NCBI GenBank assembly: GCA_000002445.1
Contig: CP000069.1
Coordinates: 1,312,001-1,376,000 of the forward strand
Direction of reading: 5' to 3'
DNA from: Trypanosoma brucei
Lineage: Eukaryota
DNA: 64,000 nucleotides
Positions 35,894 to 49,434 of the stretch are shown here, piece by piece (the first letter of the stretch is position 1; the number at the start of each line of letters is the position of its first letter). The position numbers and the translations under genes were made by a program. Under the pieces are notes generated by a model, which was given only the letters and a program-made list of their open reading frames with translations, made no database searches and was not told the origin of the DNA.

Positions 35894-36805
35894 TGTGTAC
35901 TGCGCACGAATAATCAGGCACACCTCCTTGCCCATCCTCACTGTTTGCGAGTAACTGCTCGCTTCCCGCCGAGTGGGTTCCTGTTGGTAACAACACCCGC
36001 CTTCGCTTATTTTTCGTTGTTACGTGATGTCATGTACTTGGCGATGTTGTGCATAAGGGAGTGGAGTAAGTAATAACAGTAGACAGGAGGTGGACGTTGC
36101 AATTAAATTGTTTGACAAGTGTGAGGGTAGAGGGGGAAAGAATATATATATATATATATATAACATATACCTATTTATTATTTTTAGGTATGCTATTTCG
36201 TACACTAACGCTGTACTTTAATTCCTGGTATTTCCCACATATTGTTTCTCGGATGCGGTTTGCTCCTCATTCTTTACCTTTTTTGTTTTCTTTCGTTTTT
36301 ACTCCATCATATGTTACCTTGACTGTAAACGTGTTGTTGTAAGTACTGTGACCTGTTAGCGTTACGTTTCAACTTTTTTCCCCTGCCTTACTGGGAGGTA
36401 AGTGTGATAACGACAGCAAGTGGGTACCATTATGATTGTAATTGTAAGAAATATTATTTCTGTTACATCAACCTTTGTCATTTAACTGTCACTCACGTAT
36501 GGTAAGTCCTACGGTCTGTCGCCGGGGCTTTGCTTACCGTTCGTTGCTCTATCCGCTGCTGCGCACATGTGGTGAAGTACCTCGTTGTAACTGTAGTAAA
36601 TAGCTAATCTCCTATGTCTCCTTATTATTGTCCTTCTTTCTTCTCTTCTCTTTTGTTTTTTTTTTTTACCCTCAATTCCTCTCCCTGTCGGATGTACCAT
36701 TAGTTTAAAGCTACTTCGCGTATACACCTCAGTGTACCCCTATTTCGTTTGCTCTACTCCGCAAGGTTCTACATCAATCCTACCGCCCTTGTTTCGTGAA
36801 AGGTG

Positions 36806-37999
36806 ATGTCCGTGCGCCAGATATTCTTCACGTCGGAGCATGTGAGTGAAGGTCACCCCGATAAACTATGCGATCAGGTGTCGGATGCCGTACTGGATGC
36901 ATGCCTTGAGCAGGACCCGCTCTCTAAGGTTGCATGCGAGACGTGCTCAAAGACGGGGATGGTGCTTGTGTTTGGTGAGATCACAACGAAGGCTGTGATT
37001 GACTACCAGAAGGTCGTACGTGACACGGTTAAGGAGATCGGCTTCGATAACACTGAGAAGGGGTTGGACTACCGTTCACTGAACCTGCTTGTGGCCGTTG
37101 AGCAACAATCACCCGATATTTACCAGGGCCTCGGTGACTTTGGCGGGGAGAACCTCGGTGCTGGAGACCAGGGCATGATGTTTGGTTATGCGACGAATGA
37201 GACGGAGACACTAATGCCACTCTCTTACGAACTTGCGCGCGGTCTTGCAATGACATACAGCGAGTTGCGACGCAATGGTGGTCTTCCGTGGGCGCGCCCC
37301 GACGCTAAGACGCAAGTGACAGTGCAGTACGAATATGACACCCGCGGTGGCAAGCAGTTGCTGACACCTAAGCGAGTGGCTGTGATTCTTGTTTCTGCCC
37401 AGCATGACGACGGTGTGTCAAATGAAACCATCCGCGAGGACCTGGTGAAGAAGGTAATCAGCACCACCATTCCCGCGAAGTTCCTCGATGAGAACACCAA
37501 ATATCACTTGAACCCATCTGGGCGTTTCGTCATCGGTGGCCCACATGGTGACGCTGGGTTAACTGGTCGCAAGATAATTGTCGACACGTATGGCGGTTGG
37601 GGTGCCCATGGTGGTGGCGCGTTTTCTGGCAAGGATCCCTCGAAGGTGGACCGGTCGGCAGCGTATGCTGCTCGCTGGATTGCGAAGTCTCTGGTGGCCG
37701 CAGGTCTTGCAGATCGGTGCCTTGTACAACTTTCGTACGCCATTGGAGTTGCGGAACCGCTCAATATCCATGTCGACACATATGGCACTGGTAAGCGCGA
37801 TGACGAGTATATATTGGGTATTGTGCAGAAAAACTTCCGACTGCGCCCGTACGACATAATCAAGGAACTTGATCTTCGTCGGCCGATATACCGCCAGACT
37901 GCCTGTTTCGGGCACTTTGGGCGTGTGGACACGAACGGGAAGGGAGGATTCACGTGGGAGGTGCCCAAAACACTAGAGGGTCTTAGTGACGTGCAGTAG
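36806..37999 (+). CDS. METK1: S-adenosylmethionine synthetase, array copy 3; has a synonymous GTT>GTC change (attgtcgacacg) shared with copy 5
   Basis: Identical translation to copy 1. Confidence 0.92.
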   Translation: MSVRQIFFTSEHVSEGHPDKLCDQVSDAVLDACLEQDPLSKVACETCSKTGMVLVFGEITTKAVIDYQKVVRDTVKEIGFDNTEKGLDYRSLNLLVAVEQQSPDIYQGLGDFGGENLGAGDQGMMFGYATNETETLMPLSYELARGLAMTYSELRRNGGLPWARPDAKTQVTVQYEYDTRGGKQLLTPKRVAVILVSAQHDDGVSNETIREDLVKKVISTTIPAKFLDENTKYHLNPSGRFVIGGPHGDAGLTGRKIIVDTYGGWGAHGGGAFSGKDPSKVDRSAAYAARWIAKSLVAAGLADRCLVQLSYAIGVAEPLNIHVDTYGTGKRDDEYILGIVQKNFRLRPYDIIKELDLRRPIYRQTACFGHFGRVDTNGKGGFTWEVPKTLEGLSDVQ

Positions 38000-38909
38000 T
38001 GTGTACTGCGCACGAATAATCAGGCACACCTCCTTGCCCATCCTCACTGTTTGCGAGTAACTGCTCGCTTCCCGCCGAGTGGGTTCCTGTTGGTAACAAC
38101 ACCCGCCTTCGCTTATTTTTCGTTGTTACGTGATGTCATGTACTTGGCGATGTTGTGCATAAGGGAGTGGAGTAAGTAATAACAGTAGACAGGAGGTGGA
38201 CGTTGCAATTAAATTGTTTGACAAGTGTGAGGGTAGAGGGGGAAAGAATATATATATATATATATAACATATACCTATTTATTATTTTTAGGTATGCTAT
38301 TTCGTACACTAACGCTGTACTTTAATTCCTGGTATTTCCCACATATTGTTTCTCGGATGCGGTTTGCTCCTCATTCTTTACCTTTTTTGTTTTCTTTCGT
38401 TTTTACTCCATCATATGTTACCTTGACTGTAAACGTGTTGTTGTAAGTACTGTGACCTGTTAGCGTTACGTTTCAACTTTTTTCCCCTGCCTTACTGGGA
38501 GGTAAGTGTGATAACGACAGCAAGTGGGTACCATTATGATTGTAATTGTAAGAAATATTATTTCTGTTACATCAACCTTTGTCATTTAACTGTCACTCAC
38601 GTATGGTAAGTCCTACGGTCTGTCGCCGGGGCTTTGCTTACCGTTCGTTGCTCTATCCGCTGCTGCGCACATGTAGTGAAGTACCTCGTTGTAACTGTAG
38701 TAAATAGCTAATCTCCTATGTCTCCTTATTATTGTCCTTCTTTCTTCTCTTCTCTTTTGTTTTTTTTTTTTACCCTCAATTCCTCTCCCTGTCGGATGTA
38801 CCATTAGTTTAAAGCTACTTCGCGTATACACCTCAGTGTACCCCTATTTCGTTTGCTCTACTCCGCAAGGTTCTACATCAATCCTACCGCCCTTGTTTCG
38901 TGAAAGGTG

Positions 38910-40103
38910 ATGTCCGTGCGCCAGATATTCTTCACGTCGGAGCATGTGAGTGAAGGTCACCCCGATAAACTATGCGATCAGGTGTCGGATGCCGTACTGG
39001 ATGCATGCCTTGAGCAGGACCCGCTCTCTAAGGTTGCATGCGAGACGTGCTCAAAGACGGGGATGGTGCTTGTGTTTGGTGAGATCACAACGAAGGCTGT
39101 GATTGACTACCAGAAGGTCGTACGTGACACGGTTAAGGAGATCGGCTTCGATAACACTGAGAAGGGGTTGGACTACCGTTCACTGAACCTGCTTGTGGCC
39201 GTTGAGCAACAATCACCCGATATTTACCAGGGCCTCGGTGACTTTGGCGGGGAGAACCTCGGTGCTGGAGACCAGGGCATGATGTTTGGTTATGCGACGA
39301 ATGAGACGGAGACACTAATGCCACTCTCTTACGAACTTGCGCGCGGTCTTGCAATGACATACAGCGAGTTGCGACGCAATGGTGGTCTTCCGTGGGCGCG
39401 CCCCGACGCTAAGACGCAAGTGACAGTGCAGTACGAATATGACACCCGCGGTGGCAAGCAGTTGCTGACACCTAAGCGAGTGGCTGTGATTCTTGTTTCT
39501 GCCCAGCTTGACGACGGTGTGTCAAATGAAACCATCCGCGAGGACCTGGTGAAGAAGGTAATCAGCACCACCATTCCCGCGAAGTTCCTCGATGAGAACA
39601 CCAAATATCACTTGAACCCATCTGGGCGTTTCGTCATCGGTGGCCCACATGGTGACGCTGGGTTAACTGGTCGCAAGATAATTGTTGACACGTATGGCGG
39701 TTGGGGTGCCCATGGTGGTGGCGCGTTTTCTGGCAAGGATCCCTCGAAGGTGGACCGGTCGGCAGCGTATGCTGCTCGCTGGATTGCGAAGTCTCTGGTG
39801 GCCGCAGGTCTTGCAGATCGGTGCCTTGTACAACTTTCGTACGCCATTGGAGTTGCGGAACCGCTCAATATCCATGTCGACACATATGGCACTGGTAAGC
39901 GCGATGACGAGTATATATTGGGTATTGTGCAGAAAAACTTCCGACTGCGCCCGTACGACATAATCAAGGAACTTGATCTTCGTCGGCCGATATACCGCCA
40001 GACTGCCTGTTTCGGGCACTTTGGGCGTGTGGACACGAACGGGAAGGGAGGATTCACGTGGGAGGTGCCCAAAACACTAGAGGGTCTTAGTGACGTGCAG
40101 TAG
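38910..40103 (+). CDS. METK1: S-adenosylmethionine synthetase, array copy 4; non-synonymous His>Leu in the conserved SAQ-H-DDGV motif (CAT>CTT at 39508)
   Basis: The translation reads SAQLDDGV instead of SAQHDDGV. The nucleotide context gcccagcttgacgac contrasts with gcccagcatgacgac in the other eight copies. Confidence 0.9.
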   Translation: MSVRQIFFTSEHVSEGHPDKLCDQVSDAVLDACLEQDPLSKVACETCSKTGMVLVFGEITTKAVIDYQKVVRDTVKEIGFDNTEKGLDYRSLNLLVAVEQQSPDIYQGLGDFGGENLGAGDQGMMFGYATNETETLMPLSYELARGLAMTYSELRRNGGLPWARPDAKTQVTVQYEYDTRGGKQLLTPKRVAVILVSAQLDDGVSNETIREDLVKKVISTTIPAKFLDENTKYHLNPSGRFVIGGPHGDAGLTGRKIIVDTYGGWGAHGGGAFSGKDPSKVDRSAAYAARWIAKSLVAAGLADRCLVQLSYAIGVAEPLNIHVDTYGTGKRDDEYILGIVQKNFRLRPYDIIKELDLRRPIYRQTACFGHFGRVDTNGKGGFTWEVPKTLEGLSDVQ

Positions 40104-41015
40104 TGTGTACTGCGCACGAATAATCAGGCACACCTCCTTGCCCATCCTCACTGTTTGCGAGTAACTGCTCGCTTCCCGCCGAGTGGGTTCCTGTTGGTAA
40201 CAACACCCGCCTTCGCTTATTTTTCGTTGTTACGTGATGTCATGTACTTGGCGATGTTGTGCATAAGGGAGTGGAGTAAGTAATAACAGTAGACAGGAGG
40301 TGGACGTTGCAATTAAATTGTTTGACAAGTGTGAGGGTAGAGGGGGAAAGAATATATATATATATATATATAACATATACCTATTTATTATTTTTAGGTA
40401 TGCTATTTCGTACACTAACGCTGTACTTTAATTCCTGGTATTTCCCACATATTGTTTCTCGGATGCGGTTTGCTCCTCATTCTTTACCTTTTTTGTTTTC
40501 TTTCGTTTTTACTCCATCATATGTTACCTTGACTGTAAACGTGTTGTTGTAAGTACTGTGACCTGTTAGCGTTACGTTTCAACTTTTTTCCCCTGCCTTA
40601 CTGGGAGGTAAGTGTGATAACGACAGCAAGTGGGTACCATTATGATTGTAATTGTAAGAAATATTATTTCTGTTACATCAACCTTTGTCATTTAACTGTC
40701 ACTCACGTATGGTAAGTCCTACGGTCTGTCGCCGGGGCTTTGCTTACCGTTCGTTGCTCTATCCGCTGCTGCGCACATGTGGTGAAGTACCTCGTTGTAA
40801 CTGTAGTAAATAGCTAATCTCCTATGTCTCCTTATTATTGTCCTTCTTTCTTCTCTTCTCTTTTGTTTTTTTTTTTTACCCTCAATTCCTCTCCCTGTCG
40901 GATGTACCATTAGTTTAAAGCTACTTCGCGTATACACCTCAGTGTACCCCTATTTCGTTTGCTCTACTCCGCAAGGTTCTACATCAATCCTACCGCCCTT
41001 GTTTCGTGAAAGGTG

Positions 41016-42209
41016 ATGTCCGTGCGCCAGATATTCTTCACGTCGGAGCATGTGAGTGAAGGTCACCCCGATAAACTATGCGATCAGGTGTCGGATGCCG
41101 TACTGGATGCATGCCTTGAGCAGGACCCGCTCTCTAAGGTTGCATGCGAGACGTGCTCAAAGACGGGGATGGTGCTTGTGTTTGGTGAGATCACAACGAA
41201 GGCTGTGATTGACTACCAGAAGGTCGTACGTGACACGGTTAAGGAGATCGGCTTCGATAACACTGAGAAGGGGTTGGACTACCGTTCACTGAACCTGCTT
41301 GTGGCCGTTGAGCAGCAATCACCCGATATTTACCAGGGCCTCGGTGACTTTGGCGGGGAGAACCTCGGTGCTGGAGACCAGGGCATGATGTTTGGTTATG
41401 CGACGAATGAGACGGAGACACTAATGCCACTCTCTTACGAACTTGCGCGCGGTCTTGCAATGACATACAGCGAGTTGCGACGCAATGGTGGTCTTCCGTG
41501 GGCGCGCCCCGACGCTAAGACGCAAGTGACAGTGCAGTACGAATATGACACCCGCGGTGGCAAGCAGTTGCTGACACCTAAGCGAGTGGCTGTGATTCTT
41601 GTTTCTGCCCAGCATGACGACGGTGTGTCAAATGAAACCATCCGCGAGGACCTGGTGAAGAAGGTAATCAGCACCACCATTCCCGCGAAGTTCCTCGATG
41701 AGAACACCAAATATCACTTGAACCCATCTGGGCGTTTCGTCATCGGTGGCCCACATGGTGACGCTGGGTTAACTGGTCGCAAGATAATTGTCGACACGTA
41801 TGGCGGTTGGGGTGCCCATGGTGGTGGCGCGTTTTCTGGCAAGGATCCCTCGAAGGTGGACCGGTCGGCAGCGTATGCTGCTCGCTGGATTGCGAAGTCT
41901 CTGGTGGCCGCAGGTCTTGCAGATCGGTGCCTTGTACAACTTTCGTACGCCATTGGAGTTGCGGAACCGCTCAATATCCATGTCGACACATATGGCACTG
42001 GTAAGCGCGATGACGAGTATATATTGGGTATTGTGCAGAAAAACTTCCGACTGCGCCCGTACGACATAATCAAGGAACTTGATCTTCGTCGGCCGATATA
42101 CCGCCAGACTGCCTGTTTCGGGCACTTTGGGCGTGTGGACACGAACGGGAAGGGAGGATTCACGTGGGAGGTGCCCAAAACACTAGAGGGTCTTAGTGAC
42201 GTGCAGTAG
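41016..42209 (+). CDS. METK1: S-adenosylmethionine synthetase, array copy 5; synonymous CAA>CAG near 41313 and the GTT>GTC change shared with copy 3
   Basis: Identical translation to copy 1. Confidence 0.92.
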   Translation: MSVRQIFFTSEHVSEGHPDKLCDQVSDAVLDACLEQDPLSKVACETCSKTGMVLVFGEITTKAVIDYQKVVRDTVKEIGFDNTEKGLDYRSLNLLVAVEQQSPDIYQGLGDFGGENLGAGDQGMMFGYATNETETLMPLSYELARGLAMTYSELRRNGGLPWARPDAKTQVTVQYEYDTRGGKQLLTPKRVAVILVSAQHDDGVSNETIREDLVKKVISTTIPAKFLDENTKYHLNPSGRFVIGGPHGDAGLTGRKIIVDTYGGWGAHGGGAFSGKDPSKVDRSAAYAARWIAKSLVAAGLADRCLVQLSYAIGVAEPLNIHVDTYGTGKRDDEYILGIVQKNFRLRPYDIIKELDLRRPIYRQTACFGHFGRVDTNGKGGFTWEVPKTLEGLSDVQ

Positions 42210-43121
42210 TGTGTACTGCGCACGAATAATCAGGCACACCTCCTTGCCCATCCTCACTGTTTGCGAGTAACTGCTCGCTTCCCGCCGAGTGGGTTCCTGT
42301 TGGTAACAACACCCGCCTTCGCTTATTTTTCGTTGTTACGTGATGTCATGTACTTGGCGATGTTGTGCATAAGGGAGTGGAGTAAGTAATAACAGTAGAC
42401 AGGAGGTGGACGTTGCAATTAAATTGTTTGACAAGTGTGAGGGTAGAGGGGGAAAGAATATATATATATATATATATAACATATACCTATTTATTATTTT
42501 TAGGTATGCTATTTCGTACACTAACGCTGTACTTTAATTCCTGGTATTTCCCACATATTGTTTCTCGGATGCGGTTTGCTCCTCATTCTTTACCTTTTTT
42601 GTTTTCTTTCGTTTTTACTCCATCATATGTTACCTTGACTGTAAACGTGTTGTTGTAAGTACTGTGACCTGTTAGCGTTACGTTTCAACTTTTTTCCCCT
42701 GCCTTACTGGGAGGTAAGTGTGATAACGACAGCAAGTGGGTACCATTATGATTGTAATTGTAAGAAATATTATTTCTGTTACATCAACCTTTGTCATTTA
42801 ACTGTCACTCACGTATGGTAAGTCCTACGGTCTGTCGCCGGGGCTTTGCTTACCGTTCGTTGCTCTATCCGCTGCTGCGCACATGTAGTGAAGTACCTCG
42901 TTGTAACTGTAGTAAATAGCTAATCTCCTATGTCTCCTTATTATTGTCCTTCTTTCTTCTCTTCTCTTTTGTTTTTTTTTTTTACCCTCAATTCCTCTCC
43001 CTGTCGGATGTACCATTAGTTTAAAGCTACTTCGCGTATACACCTCAGTGTACCCCTATTTCGTTTGCTCTACTCCGCAAGGTTCTACATCAATCCTACC
43101 GCCCTTGTTTCGTGAAAGGTG

Positions 43122-44315
43122 ATGTCCGTGCGCCAGATATTCTTCACGTCGGAGCATGTGAGTGAAGGTCACCCCGATAAACTATGCGATCAGGTGTCGG
43201 ATGCCGTACTGGATGCATGCCTTGAGCAGGACCCGCTCTCTAAGGTTGCATGCGAGACGTGCTCAAAGACGGGGATGGTGCTTGTGTTTGGTGAGATCAC
43301 AACGAAGGCTGTGATTGACTACCAGAAGGTCGTACGTGACACGGTTAAGGAGATCGGCTTCGATAACACTGAGAAGGGGTTGGACTACCGTTCACTGAAC
43401 CTGCTTGTGGCCGTTGAGCAACAATCACCCGATATTTACCAGGGCCTCGGTGACTTTGGCGGGGAGAACCTCGGTGCTGGAGACCAGGGCATGATGTTTG
43501 GTTATGCGACGAATGAGACGGAGACACTAATGCCACTCTCTTACGAACTTGCGCGCGGTCTTGCAATGACATACAGCGAGTTGCGACGCAATGGTGGTCT
43601 TCCGTGGGCGCGCCCCGACGCTAAGACGCAAGTGACAGTGCAGTACGAATATGACACCCGCGGTGGCAAGCAGTTGCTGACACCTAAGCGAGTGGCTGTG
43701 ATTCTTGTTTCTGCCCAGCATGACGACGGTGTGTCAAATGGAACCATCCGCGAGGACCTGGTGAAGAAGGTAATCAGCACCACCATTCCCGCGAAGTTCC
43801 TCGATGAGAACACCAAATATCACTTGAACCCATCTGGGCGTTTCGTCATCGGTGGCCCACATGGTGACGCTGGGTTAACTGGTCGCAAGATAATTGTTGA
43901 CACGTATGGCGGTTGGGGTGCCCATGGTGGTGGCGCGTTTTCTGGCAAGGATCCCTCGAAGGTGGACCGGTCGGCAGCGTATGCTGCTCGCTGGATTGCG
44001 AAGTCTCTGGTGGCCGCAGGTCTTGCAGATCGGTGCCTTGTACAACTTTCGTACGCCATTGGAGTTGCGGAACCGCTCAATATCCATGTCGACACATATG
44101 GCACTGGTAAGCGCGATGACGAGTATATATTGGGTATTGTGCAGAAAAACTTCCGACTGCGCCCGTACGACATAATCAAGGAACTTGATCTTCGTCGGCC
44201 GATATACCGCCAGACTGCCTGTTTCGGGCACTTTGGGCGTGTGGACACGAACGGGAAGGGAGGATTCACGTGGGAGGTGCCCAAAACACTAGAGGGTCTT
44301 AGTGACGTGCAGTAG
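43122..44315 (+). CDS. METK1: S-adenosylmethionine synthetase, array copy 6; non-synonymous Glu>Gly (GAA>GGA at 43741, SNETIRED>SNGTIRED)
   Basis: Translation difference seen in the ORF track, and the nucleotide difference (tcaaatggaacc versus tcaaatgaaacc) seen in the sequence. Confidence 0.9.
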   Translation: MSVRQIFFTSEHVSEGHPDKLCDQVSDAVLDACLEQDPLSKVACETCSKTGMVLVFGEITTKAVIDYQKVVRDTVKEIGFDNTEKGLDYRSLNLLVAVEQQSPDIYQGLGDFGGENLGAGDQGMMFGYATNETETLMPLSYELARGLAMTYSELRRNGGLPWARPDAKTQVTVQYEYDTRGGKQLLTPKRVAVILVSAQHDDGVSNGTIREDLVKKVISTTIPAKFLDENTKYHLNPSGRFVIGGPHGDAGLTGRKIIVDTYGGWGAHGGGAFSGKDPSKVDRSAAYAARWIAKSLVAAGLADRCLVQLSYAIGVAEPLNIHVDTYGTGKRDDEYILGIVQKNFRLRPYDIIKELDLRRPIYRQTACFGHFGRVDTNGKGGFTWEVPKTLEGLSDVQ

Positions 44316-45226
44316 TGTGTACTGCGCACGAATAATCAGGCACACCTCCTTGCCCATCCTCACTGTTTGCGAGTAACTGCTCGCTTCCCGCCGAGTGGGT
44401 TCCTGTTGGTAACAACACCCGCCTTCGCTTATTTTTCGTTGTTACGTGATGTCATGTACTTGGCGATGTTGTGCATAAGGGAGTGGAGTAAGTAATAACA
44501 GTAGACAGGAGGTGGACGTTGCAATTAAATTGTTTGACAAGTGTGAGGGTAGAGGGGGAAAGAATATATATATATATATATATAACATATACCTATTTAT
44601 TATTTTTAGGTATGCTATTTCGTACACTAACGCTGTACTTTAATTCCTGGTATTTCCCACATATTGTTTCTCGGATGCGGTTTGCTCCTCATTCTTTACC
44701 TTTTTTGTTTTCTTTCGTTTTTACTCCATCATATGTTACCTTGACTGTAAACGTGTTGTTGTAAGTACTGTGACCTGTTAGCGTTACGTTTCAACTTTTT
44801 TCCCCTGCCTTACTGGGAGGTAAGTGTGATAACGACAGCAAGTGGGTACCATTATGATTGTAATTGTAAGAAATATTATTTCTGTTACATCAACCTTTGT
44901 CATTTAACTGTCACTCACGTATGGTAAGTCCTACGGTCTGTCGCCGGGGCTTTGCTTACCGTTCGTTGCTCTATCCGCTGCTGCGCACATGTGGTGAAGT
45001 ACCTCGTTGTAACTGTAGTAAATAGCTAATCTCCTATGTCTCCTTATTATTGTCCTTCTTTCTTCTCTTCTCTTTTGTTTTTTTTTTTACCCTCAATTCC
45101 TCTCCCTGTCGGATGTACCATTAGTTTAAAGCTACTTCGCGTATACACCTCAGTGTACCCCTATTTCGTTTGCTCTACTCCGCAAGGTTCTACATCAATC
45201 CTACCGCCCTTGTTTCGTGAAAGGTG

Positions 45227-46420
45227 ATGTCCGTGCGCCAGATATTCTTCACGTCGGAGCATGTGAGTGAAGGTCACCCCGATAAACTATGCGATCAGGT
45301 GTCGGATGCCGTACTGGATGCATGCCTTGAGCAGGACCCGCTCTCTAAGGTTGCATGCGAGACGTGCTCAAAGACGGGGATGGTGCTTGTGTTTGGTGAG
45401 ATCACAACGAAGGCTGTGATTGACTACCAGAAGGTCGTACGTGACACGGTTAAGGAGATCGGCTTCGATAACACTGAGAAGGGGTTGGACTACCGTTCAC
45501 TGAACCTGCTTGTGGCCGTTGAGCAACAATCACCCGATATTTACCAGGGCCTCGGTGACTTTGGCGGGGAGAACCTCGGTGCTGGAGACCAGGGCATGAT
45601 GTTTGGTTATGCGACGAATGAGACGGAGACACTAATGCCACTCTCTTACGAACTTGCGCGCGGTCTTGCAATGACATACAGCGAGTTGCGACGCAATGGT
45701 GGTCTTCCGTGGGCGCGCCCCGACGCTAAGACGCAAGTGACAGTGCAGTACGAATATGACACCCGCGGTGGCAAGCAGTTGCTGACACCTAAGCGAGTGG
45801 CTGTGATTCTTGTTTCTGCCCAGCATGACGACGGTGTGTCAAATGAAACCATCCGCGAGGACCTGGTGAAGAAGGTAATCAGCACCACCATTCCCGCGAA
45901 GTTCCTCGATGAGAACACCAAATATCACTTGAACCCATCTGGGCGTTTCGTCATCGGTGGCCCACATGGTGACGCTGGGTTAACTGGTCGCAAGATAATT
46001 GTTGACACGTATGGCGGTTGGGGTGCCCATGGTGGTGGCGCGTTTTCTGGCAAGGATCCCTCGAAGGTGGACCGGTCGGCAGCGTATGCTGCTCGCTGGA
46101 TTGCGAAGTCTCTGGTGGCCGCAGGTCTTGCAGATCGGTGCCTTGTACAACTTTCGTACGCCATTGGAGTTGCGGAACCGCTCAATATCCATGTCGACAC
46201 ATATGGCACTGGTAAGCGCGATGACGAGTATATATTGGGTATTGTGCAGAAAAACTTCCGACTGCGCCCGTACGACATAATCAAGGAACTTGATCTTCGT
46301 CGGCCGATATACCGCCAGACTGCCTGTTTCGGGCACTTTGGGCGTGTGGACACGAACGGGAAGGGAGGATTCACGTGGGAGGTGCCCAAAACACTAGAGG
46401 GTCTTAGTGACGTGCAGTAG
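45227..46420 (+). CDS. METK1: S-adenosylmethionine synthetase, array copy 7
   Basis: Identical translation to copy 1. Confidence 0.92.
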   Translation: MSVRQIFFTSEHVSEGHPDKLCDQVSDAVLDACLEQDPLSKVACETCSKTGMVLVFGEITTKAVIDYQKVVRDTVKEIGFDNTEKGLDYRSLNLLVAVEQQSPDIYQGLGDFGGENLGAGDQGMMFGYATNETETLMPLSYELARGLAMTYSELRRNGGLPWARPDAKTQVTVQYEYDTRGGKQLLTPKRVAVILVSAQHDDGVSNETIREDLVKKVISTTIPAKFLDENTKYHLNPSGRFVIGGPHGDAGLTGRKIIVDTYGGWGAHGGGAFSGKDPSKVDRSAAYAARWIAKSLVAAGLADRCLVQLSYAIGVAEPLNIHVDTYGTGKRDDEYILGIVQKNFRLRPYDIIKELDLRRPIYRQTACFGHFGRVDTNGKGGFTWEVPKTLEGLSDVQ

Positions 46421-47330
46421 TGTGTACTGCGCACGAATAATCAGGCACACCTCCTTGCCCATCCTCACTGTTTGCGAGTAACTGCTCGCTTCCCGCCGAG
46501 TGGGTTCCTGTTGGTAACAACACCCGCCTTCGCTTATTTTTCGTTGTTACGTGATGTCATGTACTTGGCGATGTTGTGCATAAGGGAGTGGAGTAAGTAA
46601 TAACAGTAGACAGGAGGTGGACGTTGCAATTAAATTGTTTGACAAGTGTGAGGGTAGAGGGGGAAAGAATATATATATATATATATAACATATACCTATT
46701 TATTATTTTTAGGTATGCTATTTCGTACACTAACGCTGTACTTTAATTCCTGGTATTTCCCACATATTGTTTCTCGGATGCGGTTTGCTCCTCATTCTTT
46801 ACCTTTTTTGTTTTCTTTCGTTTTTACTCCATCATATGTTACCTTGACTGTAAACGTGTTGTTGTAAGTACTGTGACCTGTTAGCGTTACGTTTCAACTT
46901 TTTTCCCCTGCCTTACTGGGAGGTAAGTGTGATAACGACAGCAAGTGGGTACCATTATGATTGTAATTGTAAGAAATATTATTTCTGTTACATCAACCTT
47001 TGTCATTTAACTGTCACTCACGTATGGTAAGTCCTACGGTCTGTCGCCGGGGCTTTGCTTACCGTTCGTTGCTCTATCCGCTGCTGCGCACATGTGGTGA
47101 AGTACCTCGTTGTAACTGTAGTAAATAGCTAATCTCCTATGTCTCCTTATTATTGTCCTTCTTTCTTCTCTTCTCTTTTGTTTTTTTTTTTTACCCTCAA
47201 TTCCTCTCCCTGTCGGATGTACCATTAGTTTAAAGCTACTTCGCGTATACACCTCAGTGTACCCCTATTTCGTTTGCTCTACTCCGCAAGGTTCTACATC
47301 AATCCTACCGCCCTTGTTTCGTGAAAGGTG

Positions 47331-48524
47331 ATGTCCGTGCGCCAGATATTCTTCACGTCGGAGCATGTGAGTGAAGGTCACCCCGATAAACTATGCGATC
47401 AGGTGTCGGATGCCGTACTGGATGCATGCCTTGAGCAGGACCCGCTCTCTAAGGTTGCATGCGAGACGTGCTCAAAGACGGGGATGGTGCTTGTGTTTGG
47501 TGAGATCACAACGAAGGCTGTGATTGACTACCAGAAGGTCGTACGTGACACGGTTAAGGAGATCGGCTTCGATAACACTGAGAAGGGGTTGGACTACCGT
47601 TCACTGAACCTGCTTGTGGCCGTTGAGCAACAATCACCCGATATTTACCAGGGCCTCGGTGACTTTGGCGGGGAGAACCTCGGTGCTGGAGACCAGGGCA
47701 TGATGTTTGGTTATGCGACGAATGAGACGGAGACACTAATGCCACTCTCTTACGAACTTGCGCGCGGTCTTGCAATGACATACAGCGAGTTGCGACGCAA
47801 TGGTGGTCTTCCGTGGGCGCGCCCCGACGCTAAGACGCAAGTGACAGTGCAGTACGAATATGACACCCGCGGTGGCAAGCAGTTGCTGACACCTAAGCGA
47901 GTGGCTGTGATTCTTGTTTCTGCCCAGCATGACGACGGTGTGTCAAATGAAACCATCCGCGAGGACCTGGTGAAGAAGGTAATCAGCACCACCATTCCCG
48001 CGAAGTTCCTCGATGAGAACACCAAATATCACTTGAACCCATCTGGGCGTTTCGTCATCGGTGGCCCACATGGTGACGCTGGGTTAACTGGTCGCAAGAT
48101 AATTGTTGACACGTATGGCGGTTGGGGTGCCCATGGTGGTGGCGCGTTTTCTGGCAAGGATCCCTCGAAGGTGGACCGGTCGGCAGCGTATGCTGCTCGC
48201 TGGATTGCGAAGTCTCTGGTGGCCGCAGGTCTTGCAGATCGGTGCCTTGTACAACTTTCGTACGCCATTGGAGTTGCGGAACCGCTCAATATCCATGTCG
48301 ACACATATGGCACTGGTAAGCGCGATGACGAGTATATATTGGGTATTGTGCAGAAAAACTTCCGACTGCGCCCGTACGACATAATCAAGGAACTTGATCT
48401 TCGTCGGCCGATATACCGCCAGACTGCCTGTTTCGGGCACTTTGGGCGTGTGGACACGAACGGGAAGGGAGGATTCACGTGGGAGGTGCCCAAAACACTA
48501 GAGGGTCTTAGTGACGTGCAGTAG
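47331..48524 (+). CDS. METK1: S-adenosylmethionine synthetase, array copy 8
   Basis: Identical translation to copy 1. Confidence 0.92.
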   Translation: MSVRQIFFTSEHVSEGHPDKLCDQVSDAVLDACLEQDPLSKVACETCSKTGMVLVFGEITTKAVIDYQKVVRDTVKEIGFDNTEKGLDYRSLNLLVAVEQQSPDIYQGLGDFGGENLGAGDQGMMFGYATNETETLMPLSYELARGLAMTYSELRRNGGLPWARPDAKTQVTVQYEYDTRGGKQLLTPKRVAVILVSAQHDDGVSNETIREDLVKKVISTTIPAKFLDENTKYHLNPSGRFVIGGPHGDAGLTGRKIIVDTYGGWGAHGGGAFSGKDPSKVDRSAAYAARWIAKSLVAAGLADRCLVQLSYAIGVAEPLNIHVDTYGTGKRDDEYILGIVQKNFRLRPYDIIKELDLRRPIYRQTACFGHFGRVDTNGKGGFTWEVPKTLEGLSDVQ

Positions 48525-49434
48525 TGTGTACTGCGCACGAATAATCAGGCACACCTCCTTGCCCATCCTCACTGTTTGCGAGTAACTGCTCGCTTCCCGC
48601 CGAGTGGGTTCCTGTTGGTAACAACACCCGCCTTCGCTTATTTTTCGTTGTTACGTGATGTCATGTACTTGGCGATGTTGTGCATAAGGGAGTGGAGTAA
48701 GTAATAACAGTAGACAGGAGGTGGACGTTGCAATTAAATTGTTTGACAAGTGTGAGGGTAGAGGGGGAAAGAATATATATATATATATATAACATATACC
48801 TATTTATTATTTTTAGGTATGCTATTTCGTACACTAACGCTGTACTTTAATTCCTGGTATTTCCCACATATTGTTTCTCGGATGCGGTTTGCTCCTCATT
48901 CTTTACCTTTTTTGTTTTCTTTCGTTTTTACTCCATCATATGTTACCTTGACTGTAAACGTGTTGTTGTAAGTACTGTGACCTGTTAGCGTTACGTTTCA
49001 ACTTTTTTCCCCTGCCTTACTGGGAGGTAAGTGTGATAACGACAGCAAGTGGGTACCATTATGATTGTAATTGTAAGAAATATTATTTCTGTTACATCAA
49101 CCTTTGTCATTTAACTGTCACTCACGTATGGTAAGTCCTACGGTCTGTCGCCGGGGCTTTGCTTACCGTTCGTTGCTCTATCCGCTGCTGCGCACATGTA
49201 GTGAAGTACCTCGTTGTAACTGTAGTAAATAGCTAATCTCCTATGTCTCCTTATTATTGTCCTTCTTTCTTCTCATCTCTTTTGTTTTTTTTTTTTACCC
49301 TCAATTCCTCTCCCTGTCGGATGTACCATTAGTTTAAAGCTACTTCGCGTATACACCTCAGTGTACCCCTATTTCGTTTGCTCTACTCCGCAAGGTTCTA
49401 CATCAATCCTACCGCCCTTGTTTCGTGAAAGGTG

